Part shown: in pieces, positions 38,921 to 48,956 of the stretch
Position numbering within the stretch: position 1 is the first letter of the stretch
Layout: every line of letters begins with the position of its first letter
Assembly (NCBI GenBank): GCA_031426555.1
Contig: JANPLN010000024.1
Span: 1 to 64,000, forward strand
DNA length: 64,000 bases
Direction of reading: 5' to 3'
From: Bdellovibrionales bacterium
Lineage (GTDB): Bacteria > Bdellovibrionota > Bdellovibrionia > Bdellovibrionales > JAGQZY01
The notes under the pieces: generated by a model
What the model saw: the letters and a program-made list of their open reading frames with translations, nothing else
What the model was told of the DNA's origin: nothing
Database searches by the model: none
Program-made: the position numbers and the translations under genes

Positions 38921-40012
38921 TTATCTATAATCGTGGAAGTAATCGATTCTCTCGGGGACCCAGGGTTCGTGGACGCCCGAGATTTCAAACCCGCGGTCGC
39001 CAACATCAGTCATGATTCTGGAAGGAGCGATGGAGGGTTCGTAATCGGGGTGAATCAAACCAGAGTCTCGCAGGGCGGGAAACACGTCTTGAAATGTTTG
39101 TTCGCCAATCACTTGGCGACGGATCAAATCATCCAGAGATCTTTGCAGTTCATCCACGGTGAAACCGTAGTTTAGATAGAGATCTTTTCCTACACGTAAA
39201 ATATGATCCATGCTCAATCGGTTGTCTTGAAACAAATCCAATGCAATCTGAAACGAATTGTACGACGGTAGCATTCTCCTACCAAACTTCATGTAGTACT
39301 CGGGATCCGTATCCACCGCCAAGTTAATATAGATCTTTTCTACTGGATCCATCGCTTCGATTTGCTCTTGTTTGGCGAAAATGCGCTGAATCTGTTCTGA
39401 AGTGACCTGAAAAGTTTTGAGGACTTTTTCGCAATCTTCGTTTTGCAAGCGACGCGAACTAATATCGGAGTACAACGAATAGATCACGGCATCGGTTTCG
39501 CTGTCGTCGCCCCAAAGAACTTGTGAGATTTCTTTTTTTAACAACGTTCGTAAATACAGCAGAGCTGTCACTTTATAACCCACATGCTGGCGCAAGCGCC
39601 AAAAACGACCGGGCCATAAATTTCTGAGATTATCCTTAAAAAAGATGCCCAACGGCAAAATTTCGTCGGCTTGTAATTTTTCGCGGATCTTTTTTTCCAT
39701 CTGCGGCGGCGATGCAGTTATAAAAAAAATTGGAAACTGTTTTTGCTCACCATTTTTTTCATGCCAAAAATTTTTGAGGGAATTCACCAACGTTGACGTG
39801 CCGGGAACGTTGTTCCGGTGATAATTATCGGCAAAGGACGCGCGAAAAATATCCCGCAAGGATTGCCAATGGGTATCTAGGTAGGTTTTATCTAAATCCC
39901 ACACATACACTTCGTCAAAGGCGGCATAGTCAGAAATGGAAGTGTAACTAAAAAAAACAACGTCTCCGATGATTTGTACTTGTCGCTTTTTTTCGATTTT
40001 TTGCGAAGCCAT
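38921..40012 (-). CDS. HAD-like phosphatase domain protein (App1/lipin-like)
   Basis: VWDLDKTY (DxDxT), ITASP, K, WGDDSETD motifs. Confidence 0.7.
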   Translation of the reverse strand: MASQKIEKKRQVQIIGDVVFFSYTSISDYAAFDEVYVWDLDKTYLDTHWQSLRDIFRASFADNYHRNNVPGTSTLVNSLKNFWHEKNGEQKQFPIFFITASPPQMEKKIREKLQADEILPLGIFFKDNLRNLWPGRFWRLRQHVGYKVTALLYLRTLLKKEISQVLWGDDSETDAVIYSLYSDISSRRLQNEDCEKVLKTFQVTSEQIQRIFAKQEQIEAMDPVEKIYINLAVDTDPEYYMKFGRRMLPSYNSFQIALDLFQDNRLSMDHILRVGKDLYLNYGFTVDELQRSLDDLIRRQVIGEQTFQDVFPALRDSGLIHPDYEPSIAPSRIMTDVGDRGFEISGVHEPWVPERIDYFHDYR

Positions 40013-40050
40013 TCATTAAATCTAGCGGATGTTGAGTCTTCGGACAAGGG

Positions 40051-41538
40051 CTAAGCCGCGACTGAGATTTTTAAATAACTAACAATGGCGCGGGCCATTT
40101 CGCCCAGTGGGAGAACTTCTAATGCCGCGCCCAGTTCTTTAGCCACTTTCGGCATGCCGTAGACAACGCAACTCTCCTCGTCCTGGGCAAGGGTCAACAC
40201 TCCGGAATTTTTTAAATCCAGTAAACCCTGGGCCCCGTCACTCCCCATCCCGGTAAGTAACAGCGCCATGGCTTTACCTTCGGGCGCAATGCCTAAAAGG
40301 GAACGAAACAGAACGTCTACAGACGGCTTGTGGCGATTGACGGGCTCGCCGTCACTCACTTCGATGCTCAGCTGCCCAAGATGATTTTTTCGAACCTTCA
40401 TATGCTTCCCGCCAGGCGCGATGTAAACGCAGCCAGTCTGCACTCGCAGGCCGTCACGTGCTTCCAGCACATCAAAAGCGCACATGTCGTTCAGTCGGCT
40501 CGCAAACGCCTTCGAAAACTGTTCGGGAATATGTTGAACAACAAAGATGGGAGGGATTTGCGAAGGCAGCTCTGCGAGCAGAGAGGCAAGGGCTTCCGTG
40601 CCTCCCGTAGAAGCGCCAATCGCAATCAATCCGCGAGTGTCCAACCGAGCAGCTTCGAAGCGTCGATTTTTATTGGCCTTACTTGGCACGCGCACGCGGG
40701 AGCTCGCCGCCGCCCGCACCTTTTCGATAATTTCCTCGGCAAATTGATCAATGTTTTCCACCGTAGGTTTCTGAATGTGATCAACAGCGCCCGCCTGCAA
40801 TCCATCGATCACAAGGGGGCCGTCATTGATACTGAGCGATGTTACTAATAATGAAGGGATGGGATATTTTGGCAAAATCTTTTTAAGTAACTCTACCCCG
40901 TTGAGACCTTGCATGTGTATATCCACAGTTAAAATATCTGGCTTGTGCTTTAGAATGGCCTCTTCGGTTAAAAAAGGATCCAAAACTGTTCCAACCACGT
41001 CAATATCCGCGGCGGATTCGAAGATGTGTCCCAAAAGACGATGGATGGTCGGCGAATCGTCGATACACAAAACGCGAATTCTTGGAACGACTGAAACTGC
41101 TTCTGGTTGCAGGATTTTTTGGGTGGGATTGCGCTCCGCATTGTTTAAAGCGCGCTCCGCATTGGTTAAAGCGCGCTCCGCGCGAAGCCGCCCATCTTTC
41201 GAGTAAAAATAAATCTCGCTGCCTATGTTCAGACGGTTGATCAATTTAACATTTTTGATTTTAAGCTTGTGAAACATCTTTTCGAGTTCAAAACCATCAC
41301 TTTCATCCGCAACGATTTTAACGGCAAATTGCGAATGTTCAAATTTAATGGAAGGAAATTGTTCCAACAACAGCGTTGCAAAACTCGCAATGGATACCTT
41401 TTGCGCCGACCAGTAGCAAAAGCCGATTCGCTGAGCAAGGTCAAAGCCACAAATAAGAAACCCGACTCCCAACCGAACCTTAAATACGTCTTCATTGGAA
41501 GACATGTAAAACTGTCCACTTTTGATCAACTTAACCAT
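40051..41538 (-). CDS. cheB: Chemotaxis methylesterase CheB (REC + methylesterase) with extra N-terminal CheD-like domain
   Basis: GASTGG, VQHIP, HKPSVDVLF, LLTGMGSDGA, YGMP; REC domain with DDS and D.HM; about 150-aa N-terminal extension. Confidence 0.9.
   Translation of the reverse strand: MVKLIKSGQFYMSSNEDVFKVRLGVGFLICGFDLAQRIGFCYWSAQKVSIASFATLLLEQFPSIKFEHSQFAVKIVADESDGFELEKMFHKLKIKNVKLINRLNIGSEIYFYSKDGRLRAERALTNAERALNNAERNPTQKILQPEAVSVVPRIRVLCIDDSPTIHRLLGHIFESAADIDVVGTVLDPFLTEEAILKHKPDILTVDIHMQGLNGVELLKKILPKYPIPSLLVTSLSINDGPLVIDGLQAGAVDHIQKPTVENIDQFAEEIIEKVRAAASSRVRVPSKANKNRRFEAARLDTRGLIAIGASTGGTEALASLLAELPSQIPPIFVVQHIPEQFSKAFASRLNDMCAFDVLEARDGLRVQTGCVYIAPGGKHMKVRKNHLGQLSIEVSDGEPVNRHKPSVDVLFRSLLGIAPEGKAMALLLTGMGSDGAQGLLDLKNSGVLTLAQDEESCVVYGMPKVAKELGAALEVLPLGEMARAIVSYLKISVAA
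41131..41181. repeat. 21-bp in-frame tandem repeat (about 2.4 copies) within cheB
   Basis: GCGCTCCGCATTGKTTAAAGC repeated; encodes AERALTN-AERALNN-AER. Confidence 0.9.
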
Positions 41539-43403
41539 TAAGTAGCTACTTTCCTAATTTTATCCATGATCGATCTTGAGGAGTGATAAATCAAACTTGT
41601 ATAAGGCAAAACTTCGAAAGCCGCTTTTTGCAACATCAGATAGGAGCTTTTGTTGGCAATCTGCGCATTTTCTTCGTGAAAAAGAGTAATGTCTTTTGTG
41701 CGACAAAGTTTAGCTGCTATGTCAGGAGGTGTATCGCCAAGGATAAAGTAGTGACAATGGTTTTGTACCGACAACATTCTATTCACCATATCGCACTGCT
41801 CAAAAGATGCTAGGTAGATGTGGTTCGATTTCAAGACCACATGATCTTCCAAGCGATGCACATTAAGATCTTTCATTTTCTCAACAAGCAGCGGAACAAA
41901 GGACTGCGCTCCATGCAGTAATATGATAAACGGCGGGAACTTATCCCCCATTTGTGAAATCATCGTGCGAATCTTCTGCAACTCTCCGAGGCCAGACACA
42001 CTGACTCGCACCAACCCCGAATTTCCCACAGAGGAAAAATCAACTCTGAACTTTTTGACCAGATCGATAAGATCTTCTTTGGAATTCTGCGTATTAAAGG
42101 CATGGGCGCATCGCAACTTCGTACGGATTTCATCCGATTTTTCTTGCAGCGTTGAGAGAGAGGGCTTTTCGATAAAATCAGTTGCGCCAAGAATTAAACT
42201 CTCCACTCCGTATTCCACCTCTTCTCTAGACACGGAGCTCACCATGATCACCGGCGGGTGACTGTCAGAGTAAAATTGTCGCAAGTAATCCACACCTGTC
42301 ATGAGAGGCATATGGATATCTAAAGTGACCACATCCGGCTTGAGTTTTTGAATCACGTCACGGGCTTCCATCCCGTTGCTGGCAGTCGCCACCACATCAA
42401 AACCATATTCTGCAGTCAAAATTTTCTTAAGGAGAGTTAAAATGATGGGAGAATCGTCCACACAAACCACACGAATTGGAGCTGCCTTTTCAACAGGTGC
42501 GAAAGCCGGTTGCACCTGTGACGGTTTAAAACTAGCTTGCTTATTGAAAGTCTCTGCTTTCGGTTTGAGGTAAATAGAAGGGCCTGTTTGTTCGACGGCA
42601 ATATCCACACCATTGAGGGATTCAGAGAGACCCAAAAACAAATACCCGCCCGGATGCAATAGATTCAGCATGTTTTTTGAAACACTACTGATTTGAATCT
42701 GATTAAAATAAATAAAGACATTTCGGCAAAAAATGAAATGAAAGTTTTGCCCCATCAGCAGACTCATATCGAACAAATTCGACGTCATAAACTGACAATG
42801 ATTGCGTATATTTTCTTTAATGCGGACAAACTTTTCTATGTCGCCCGTTCCTTTTTGCCAATGCTTTCCCTGATACAGGCTTGGAATTTCTTTAATTTGC
42901 TCAAATCGATAAACGCCATTTTTAGCGATCTTAATACAATCAATATCAATATCCGTTCCCAAAATTTCGTAGCTAATATCCGGAGCTATGAGAGGTAAGT
43001 GATATTCCAAAAAAAGTGCCAACGAATAAACCTCTTGTCCCTGGCTGCAGGCTGCTGACCAAATACGAATTTTGTTCTGGTTTTGCGCTCGCAAATCGGC
43101 AATAATTTTGTTGAGACCTTCTTTTAATAGAAAATCGAAGTGAAAAAACTCTCTAAAAAAGAAGGTGTGATGTGTCGTAAGTAGAGAGACAAGAATTTTC
43201 GATTCTGTAGAGTAATTTTCTTTTAAATACCTGAGATAGGCAGCGGTTTCTTTAAAATTCAACTCAATCATTCTTTTAAAAAGACGAGACTGAATCATGC
43301 CCGATTGTTTGTCAAAAAACTGCACCCCCGTGAGTTGCAGCATAATGTCCGCAATTTCTTTTGCAAATTCTGAGTTGATCTGTTGCAACTTATTCGTCGA
43401 CAT
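41538..43403 (-). CDS. cheR: Chemotaxis methyltransferase CheR fused to REC and a degenerate CheB-like domain
   Basis: TTHHTFFFRE, IWSAACSQGQEVYS, GTDID, IFCRNVFIYF; then REC (DDS, LDIHMP, KP) and a divergent C-terminal domain. Confidence 0.9.
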   Translation of the reverse strand: MSTNKLQQINSEFAKEIADIMLQLTGVQFFDKQSGMIQSRLFKRMIELNFKETAAYLRYLKENYSTESKILVSLLTTHHTFFFREFFHFDFLLKEGLNKIIADLRAQNQNKIRIWSAACSQGQEVYSLALFLEYHLPLIAPDISYEILGTDIDIDCIKIAKNGVYRFEQIKEIPSLYQGKHWQKGTGDIEKFVRIKENIRNHCQFMTSNLFDMSLLMGQNFHFIFCRNVFIYFNQIQISSVSKNMLNLLHPGGYLFLGLSESLNGVDIAVEQTGPSIYLKPKAETFNKQASFKPSQVQPAFAPVEKAAPIRVVCVDDSPIILTLLKKILTAEYGFDVVATASNGMEARDVIQKLKPDVVTLDIHMPLMTGVDYLRQFYSDSHPPVIMVSSVSREEVEYGVESLILGATDFIEKPSLSTLQEKSDEIRTKLRCAHAFNTQNSKEDLIDLVKKFRVDFSSVGNSGLVRVSVSGLGELQKIRTMISQMGDKFPPFIILLHGAQSFVPLLVEKMKDLNVHRLEDHVVLKSNHIYLASFEQCDMVNRMLSVQNHCHYFILGDTPPDIAAKLCRTKDITLFHEENAQIANKSSYLMLQKAAFEVLPYTSLIYHSSRSIMDKIRKVAT

Positions 43404-44692
43404 TAGAAATCCTCGAATCTCGGGTCGTCTTGAGAAGGAATTTCTTCTCCACCCGAAGCCAGCGGCAATTTTGAAGTTTCGATTTTTTGTCGTTCTATTT
43501 TCTGACGACGACGAGGAATTTCGTAAACGGTGGCCGTCTTTTTAACCGTTGTAGTTTTTGCTGGAGACGCCTTCATATGAATGTGTCGTGCATGAACAAC
43601 ATCGTGGAGCTCGTCGATCAGCGACAGCGTCGAGGTGGTTTGTGCATCTAGCTGAATGGCACTACTGGCAGTTTGTTGGGACGTGATTGCGTTGGAGTGA
43701 GTCACTTGATCCAATTGATTAATGGCTCGCGTGATTTCGGCGATCCCCTGGGCCTGCTCTTGAGCTGCCGTTGAAATTTCATCCACCATTACGCTCAAAT
43801 TGGACACGTGATGAACAACTTCCTCTAAGACTTCGCCGCAGGTTTTTGCCACAGCTTCACCGATTTCAACTTTTCTTCGCCCCTGCAGGATGAATCCCCC
43901 CACTTTTTCCTTAGTTCCGTTGACGATATCCTGCACTTTGTGCACGCTCATATCGAGCATGGCAGAAATTTCTTTTGCTGCCTGACCGCTCATTTGAGCC
44001 AGATTTCCCACCTCTTCAGCAACAACCGCAAAACCTTTTCCATGTTCCCCAGCGCGCGCCGCCTCTACAGAGGCATTGAACGAGAGCAACTTGGTTTGGA
44101 AAACGATATCGTTTATAACTTTTGTTTTGCTACCTATCTCGGTAATGATTTTTACAATTTCGGAAAATTCCTGATGGCTTTCGTCGATGGATTTCATGAT
44201 TTCGCTCTGACTTCGATAAATATCAGCAATGGCTGCGGTCATTTCGTCCACCGAGTATTTACCTCGGGTGGCCACTTCGCAACTTTTCACAGCCACATCT
44301 TTGGATCGTGCCGAACCTTCGGCGCTTTTTTTAATCATGGCATTCATCTCTTCGATGGAGGCTGCTGTTTCTTGCAAAGCGGAAGCCTGTTCTGTCGTTG
44401 CCTGTGCCAGCCGGTTCGAAGCATCCGAAATATCTTTTACAGAGGTTTGCATTTGTTGCGATTCATCAAACATCTTGGTTATGATTTTTGCAACAAACTG
44501 TCCAATCCGATTGATGAACAGAAAACTGTAGATTCCAAATCCGACAAGTATTGAGAGAGCCGCAATCAGCAGATAAAGATTCAGGGCACCATTCACCTGG
44601 GTCATCATAAACCCGCAGAACACGAAGGAGACGAAATTTAATCCCACGGTGAGAATTAAAAGTTGTTTTCGGAGGGTCATTTTATTTTCCAT
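43403..44692 (-). CDS. Methyl-accepting chemotaxis protein (two adjacent TMs, no periplasmic sensor domain)
   Basis: [31 protein letters not shown]-terminal FEDF tail resembling a CheR-tethering pentapeptide. Confidence 0.93.
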   Translation of the reverse strand: MENKMTLRKQLLILTVGLNFVSFVFCGFMMTQVNGALNLYLLIAALSILVGFGIYSFLFINRIGQFVAKIITKMFDESQQMQTSVKDISDASNRLAQATTEQASALQETAASIEEMNAMIKKSAEGSARSKDVAVKSCEVATRGKYSVDEMTAAIADIYRSQSEIMKSIDESHQEFSEIVKIITEIGSKTKVINDIVFQTKLLSFNASVEAARAGEHGKGFAVVAEEVGNLAQMSGQAAKEISAMLDMSVHKVQDIVNGTKEKVGGFILQGRRKVEIGEAVAKTCGEVLEEVVHHVSNLSVMVDEISTAAQEQAQGIAEITRAINQLDQVTHSNAITSQQTASSAIQLDAQTTSTLSLIDELHDVVHARHIHMKASPAKTTTVKKTATVYEIPRRRQKIERQKIETSKLPLASGGEEIPSQDDPRFEDF

Positions 44693-44693
44693 C

Positions 44694-45161
44694 TCAACTC
44701 GCCTTTCCAGTAGTCATAGCCGCAATTTCTTTATCTTTTAAATCAAGAGCTTTCATGACATCGATCAAAAGAATCAAACGCTGTTCCAAATTGACGATTC
44801 CGTAAATGTATTCAGAAGCAGCCGTGCCTTGAATCTCCGGCTTCTCTTTAATATCACTTTGCTTTAAATTCAGCACGCTATCCACACTATCAACAACAAT
44901 TCCAATGGTGCAGGCTTTCAGATCGCAAATGATCACCGTGGTCTCCGGGTTGAAGTCGTTTTTTATATTTAATTTATCACGTAAATCGATAATCGAAATA
45001 ATTTGACCTCTTAAATTCATAATTCCCAAAAAGTGTTTGGGAGTGTTAGGAATCACTGTGATTTCTGGATAGGCAATCACTTCTTTTACCAGTAAGAGAG
45101 GAATTGCAAAGCATTCATTGTGCAACGAAAACCTTAAATAAGAACTCAATGAATCACTCAT
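44694..45161 (-). CDS. cheW: Chemotaxis coupling protein CheW
   Basis: FAIPLLLVKEVI, GIMNLRGQIISIIDLR, GIVVDSV. Confidence 0.95.
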   Translation of the reverse strand: MSDSLSSYLRFSLHNECFAIPLLLVKEVIAYPEITVIPNTPKHFLGIMNLRGQIISIIDLRDKLNIKNDFNPETTVIICDLKACTIGIVVDSVDSVLNLKQSDIKEKPEIQGTAASEYIYGIVNLEQRLILLIDVMKALDLKDKEIAAMTTGKAS

Positions 45162-46825
45162 GCAGCCTCCTGTTCGTTGCGCACGCTGGACTTTGAAACT
45201 GGTAAGAGATTAATAAGATCAAGGATGAGAGCCGCTTTACCATCTCCCAAAATGGCTCCACCCGAAAAGCCGCGCATATTTCGCATTTCTGCCCCTAAAC
45301 TTTTAATAACCACCTGTTGCTGTCCAACAATATCATCTACCGCAACCGCAAACGAAACACCCCCGTGCCGCACCAGAATCGCCATCGATTGTTCGATGGG
45401 TTTTGCATGTACACCGCGCGAGGACAGAAGTTGATTGATTCGATAAAGCGGAATTTCCTCACCTCGGAGTGAAAGCAAATATCCCAGCCCTGACGTCTTA
45501 TGAACAGTCTCGCGACTCAAGCGAATGGACTCGTGGATCTGAAAGAGGGGAACAATGTACTTGTCCGTCCCCATTTTCACGACCATACCTTCGATGATAG
45601 CGAGAGTGAGAGGCAGGGAAATATGCAACTGAGTTCCAACTCCGGGTTCACTTTCCACGGTAATGTCTCCACGCAAGATCATTTCGATGTTCGTTTTAAC
45701 GACATCCATTCCCACTCCTCGCCCAGAGATATCTGTGGCAACGGCTTTCGTCGAGAAGCCGGGCATGAAAATAAGGTTTTGTGCCTCTTTGTCTGTTAAC
45801 TGCGCGTCTGCAGGGAGAAGTCCTTTTTCAATGGCTTTCTGCCTTAAAAAGTCAGGATTCAAACCGCGCCCATCATCGCCGATTTGAATGATAATTTTGC
45901 CTGAGGACTGCAGTGCTTTTAAGAAAATTTTTCCTTGGCGTGGCTTCCCTAGCTTTTCCCGTTCTTCAGGAGATTCGATCCCATGATCGACGGCGTTTCG
46001 GATCAAATGCACTAAAGGGTCACCCAGCTTTTCGATGACGGTTTTATCGATCTCTGTATCGTCGCCTAGGGTTGTAAAACTAATTTCTTTTCCAAGTTCC
46101 TGTGAGGTATCGCGCACAATCCGATGCATTTTTTGAAATGTCTGGCGCAGTGGCAGCATTCGCAAGCTCATTGAAATGTCTTGAATGTCTTTGGTGATTT
46201 TATTGAGTTGCGAAACCGTTTTTTGCAGTAACGATGATTTTAACTCTGACTTATGTTGGTTTAAAACAGTTTGCAAAATGACCAGTTCGCCGACGTAGTT
46301 CATTAATTTTTCAAGGCGGGGCAAGGCGACTCTAACAGTCTCATCAATCACTTGTGGAATCACCTCGGCGGATGCCAGAGGTATTACCACATCTGCGATG
46401 TCCATCATGGATAATAAATGATCCGCATTGAATTCTTCGTACTTGTCAGTGCCCAATGCATGCATTTGTTGGATTAAGTCTTCTTTATCTAACTTGGCTT
46501 CAAAATCACGAGACAAAATGGCAACCCATTTGCGAACCCGATCATTACAGCTCAGCAATAGATTCACCGTCACAGTTTTGATTTTAACTTCACGCTTTTT
46601 AATTTTTATTAGAAACGTTTCCATCTCATGCATAAATTGACTCAGCTCAACAAATCCCACCGCACTCGCGCTGCCCTTGATGTTATGAGCCAACCTGAAT
46701 ATCTCTTCGATGGATGCTTCATCCATTTGTTTTTCCAAATTTAAAAAGTGCCTTTCGGATTCATCAAGAATCTGATCGGCCTCTTGTAAAAAACTGATTT
46801 TTAACTCTTTCTCAAAGGCATCCAT
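45158..46825 (-). CDS. cheA: Chemotaxis histidine kinase CheA (no evident P2 domain)
   Basis: Hpt FRLAHNIKGS, HLIRNAVDHGIE, DDGRGL, SGRGVGMDVV, P5 GAILGDG. Confidence 0.95.
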   Translation of the reverse strand: MDAFEKELKISFLQEADQILDESERHFLNLEKQMDEASIEEIFRLAHNIKGSASAVGFVELSQFMHEMETFLIKIKKREVKIKTVTVNLLLSCNDRVRKWVAILSRDFEAKLDKEDLIQQMHALGTDKYEEFNADHLLSMMDIADVVIPLASAEVIPQVIDETVRVALPRLEKLMNYVGELVILQTVLNQHKSELKSSLLQKTVSQLNKITKDIQDISMSLRMLPLRQTFQKMHRIVRDTSQELGKEISFTTLGDDTEIDKTVIEKLGDPLVHLIRNAVDHGIESPEEREKLGKPRQGKIFLKALQSSGKIIIQIGDDGRGLNPDFLRQKAIEKGLLPADAQLTDKEAQNLIFMPGFSTKAVATDISGRGVGMDVVKTNIEMILRGDITVESEPGVGTQLHISLPLTLAIIEGMVVKMGTDKYIVPLFQIHESIRLSRETVHKTSGLGYLLSLRGEEIPLYRINQLLSSRGVHAKPIEQSMAILVRHGGVSFAVAVDDIVGQQQVVIKSLGAEMRNMRGFSGGAILGDGKAALILDLINLLPVSKSSVRNEQEAA

Positions 46826-46826
46826 C

Positions 46827-48401
46827 TTAGGCGACCTCGCTATCGCCGATAAGCTTTCGCTCAAGATCAATAATGTTTAGCTTTAAGGTTTCTGAGATGA
46901 TCGAAAGCTGTTCCGCTGCTAATTTTGAATCTTGCGACGTCTTGCGTGTTTCCGATGAAGCCGAATTAATACTGTCCATGGAACGATTGATGCCCTTCAC
47001 GCCCGAAGCTTGTTCGGTGGATGCGAGGGAAATTTGGTTGGCCGATGAACGGATGCTCTCGACGTTTTTTACAATCCTATCTAGAATATCTCGACATTTT
47101 TCGGCTTGCACTTTTCCGTGGTTCACGCGTCTTGCGCAATCATCTACCAGGGAGTTTACTGAACTCTTCATTTCACCGGCAATCTTGCCCACGTGTTTCA
47201 AATTTGTATTCAGAGTGTCATCGATATCTTGCGCGGCCGCTCCACTGATAAGCGCTAGCTTTGCAATTTCGTTGGCCACCACAGAAAACCCTTTGCCCGC
47301 TTCGCCGGCTCTTGCTGCCTCGATAGATGCGTTAAAAGAAAGAAGTTTTGTTTGGATAACAATGTCATTGATGACCGAAGTTTTTTCCGAAATCAAGCGC
47401 ATGATATCGATAATTCCATCGATGTCGGCATTACTGCGTTCGACCTGTTTTAAGATCAGATCAATACTCTCTCTCACTTCAGTTACACTTTGATTCATAT
47501 CCAAAACGAGACTCTGCCCTTGTTGCACAATCATTTGGCTAGAGGAGAGGTTTTCCGAAGACAATGCAGCACTTTTAGCATTCTTTTGTGCCATGGTCGT
47601 AATCTCTGAAAGTACGCTGACGGTTTCTAAAATGGAATCCGCCTGCCGATTGGCATTGTCGTTCACCTGCAACGAGTAATCAAAAAGCTTTTCGGAAATG
47701 GCTTTGTTTTCTACGGAAAGATCCTTAAACTTTGCAACGAGAGTGGCTAAATTTTGGCGCACCCGTCGACCCAAAAAGGCAGAAACTCCAATGGCAATCA
47801 GAATGAAAACCGTGGTGAGACGCAAAATAAACAAATTGTCGCCTTGTAGTTTTTCCTGCAGAAAACGAGCGTTATCAACTCGCACATCGTTTGAAACCTT
47901 TGAGAGAAGCAAAAAGGCTTTCTCAATCGACGTGTCGAGCTTTTGTTTACTCGTCATCGCCCCATCAATGTCTTCGCTTAAAAAATTCGCATTCATTTCT
48001 TGGCCAGCCTTAACGACCGACTCGATGATTTCGTTTAAATTGACTAACTCATCTTTAGTTTTTTGCTTGATGTTTTTGTTCTGCGACAGCTCTCTCGTGA
48101 GTTGTGTGATTTCTTTTTGATTTTCCGAAACTTCCAAAAGATGCTTGAGGGAGTCTTCGGCTTTGGTTACCGAGATGACTTGATAAAGGGATTTTAATTC
48201 CACCACCGAGCGACTGAGTTTGTTAATCTCAGAGATAAAAAAAGCCTGATTTTCGTTATCGCGAAAAACCACACTTTGGCTTGTGGCGGAGAAAAAATAG
48301 ACGGTCGATGCTAAGGACACCAGCATGATAATATTAAACAAGCCAATAAAAACTGTTTGATGAAAGATGGATAGCTCGCGCATTTTGAAGTGGAAACTCA
48401 T
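46827..48401 (-). CDS. Methyl-accepting chemotaxis protein with helical periplasmic sensor domain
   Basis: Two TMs flanking a helical region of about 150 aa; [27 protein letters not shown]. Confidence 0.92.
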   Translation of the reverse strand: MSFHFKMRELSIFHQTVFIGLFNIIMLVSLASTVYFFSATSQSVVFRDNENQAFFISEINKLSRSVVELKSLYQVISVTKAEDSLKHLLEVSENQKEITQLTRELSQNKNIKQKTKDELVNLNEIIESVVKAGQEMNANFLSEDIDGAMTSKQKLDTSIEKAFLLLSKVSNDVRVDNARFLQEKLQGDNLFILRLTTVFILIAIGVSAFLGRRVRQNLATLVAKFKDLSVENKAISEKLFDYSLQVNDNANRQADSILETVSVLSEITTMAQKNAKSAALSSENLSSSQMIVQQGQSLVLDMNQSVTEVRESIDLILKQVERSNADIDGIIDIMRLISEKTSVINDIVIQTKLLSFNASIEAARAGEAGKGFSVVANEIAKLALISGAAAQDIDDTLNTNLKHVGKIAGEMKSSVNSLVDDCARRVNHGKVQAEKCRDILDRIVKNVESIRSSANQISLASTEQASGVKGINRSMDSINSASSETRKTSQDSKLAAEQLSIISETLKLNIIDLERKLIGDSEVA

Positions 48402-48435
48402 CTTTTCGAATCCTCCGTCACACATGGACTTTTTC

Positions 48436-48443
48436 TTATCGGT
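48436..48443 (-). promoter_or_regulatory. Putative sigma-28 -10 element ACCGATAA upstream of the chemosensory operon
   Basis: Same octamer as upstream of fliL. Confidence 0.45.
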
Positions 48444-48536
48444 TTTGATTGGATTCCTATGAACGATTTTTAGGATTTATTTCGTTTTTTCAGGCTGTTA
48501 CTTGACACCTCATTTAATTTACTCGACCATGATCTC

Positions 48537-48956
48537 ATGTCTTTTTGGGGTTTTATTTTATGTTTCTTTTTAGCGTCGGCAAATGATCTAACCAAAGACC
48601 TAATTAAAGCTATTATGACGGGCGACGACCCCATGATCGAAGCGACCCTGGCCAAAGGTGTGGACGTGAATGCCAAGACTGGAAAAGGCGTAACGCCACT
48701 GATGCTGGCCGCCCTGCAAGGGAATCACAATGTTGTGAAGTCGCTCCTTTCGAAAGGAGCCCTGGTTGACGAGCAAGATGCCTCGGGTTTAACGGCGCTG
48801 ATGGCTGCGGCCCGCCTTGGTCACCTGGATATTGTGAAAACTTTAGTGGCAAGCAAAGCCAATACAAAGCTTAAATCACAATCGGGAAAAACAGCTCTGG
48901 ATCTGTCACGGGATTCAGGCAAATCTGACGTCGAGGGATTTCTCAATGGTATATAA
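48537..48956 (+). CDS. Ankyrin-repeat protein, probably exported
   Basis: GVTPLMLAA, GLTALMAAA, GKTALDL repeats; hydrophobic N-terminus. Confidence 0.9.
   Translation: MSFWGFILCFFLASANDLTKDLIKAIMTGDDPMIEATLAKGVDVNAKTGKGVTPLMLAALQGNHNVVKSLLSKGALVDEQDASGLTALMAAARLGHLDIVKTLVASKANTKLKSQSGKTALDLSRDSGKSDVEGFLNGI

Noticed and set aside
38280..39006. ORFs 38280-38585(-), 38350-38595(+) and 38806-39006(-) crossing elements B and C
   Set aside because: They run through palindromic DNA, two overlap real genes, and none has a recognisable motif; most likely incidental.
43940..47493. Long antisense ORFs opposite the MCPs (43940-44554, 46873-47493) and similar shadow ORFs throughout the window
   Set aside because: They lie opposite well-supported genes and show no motifs; typical antisense shadows.
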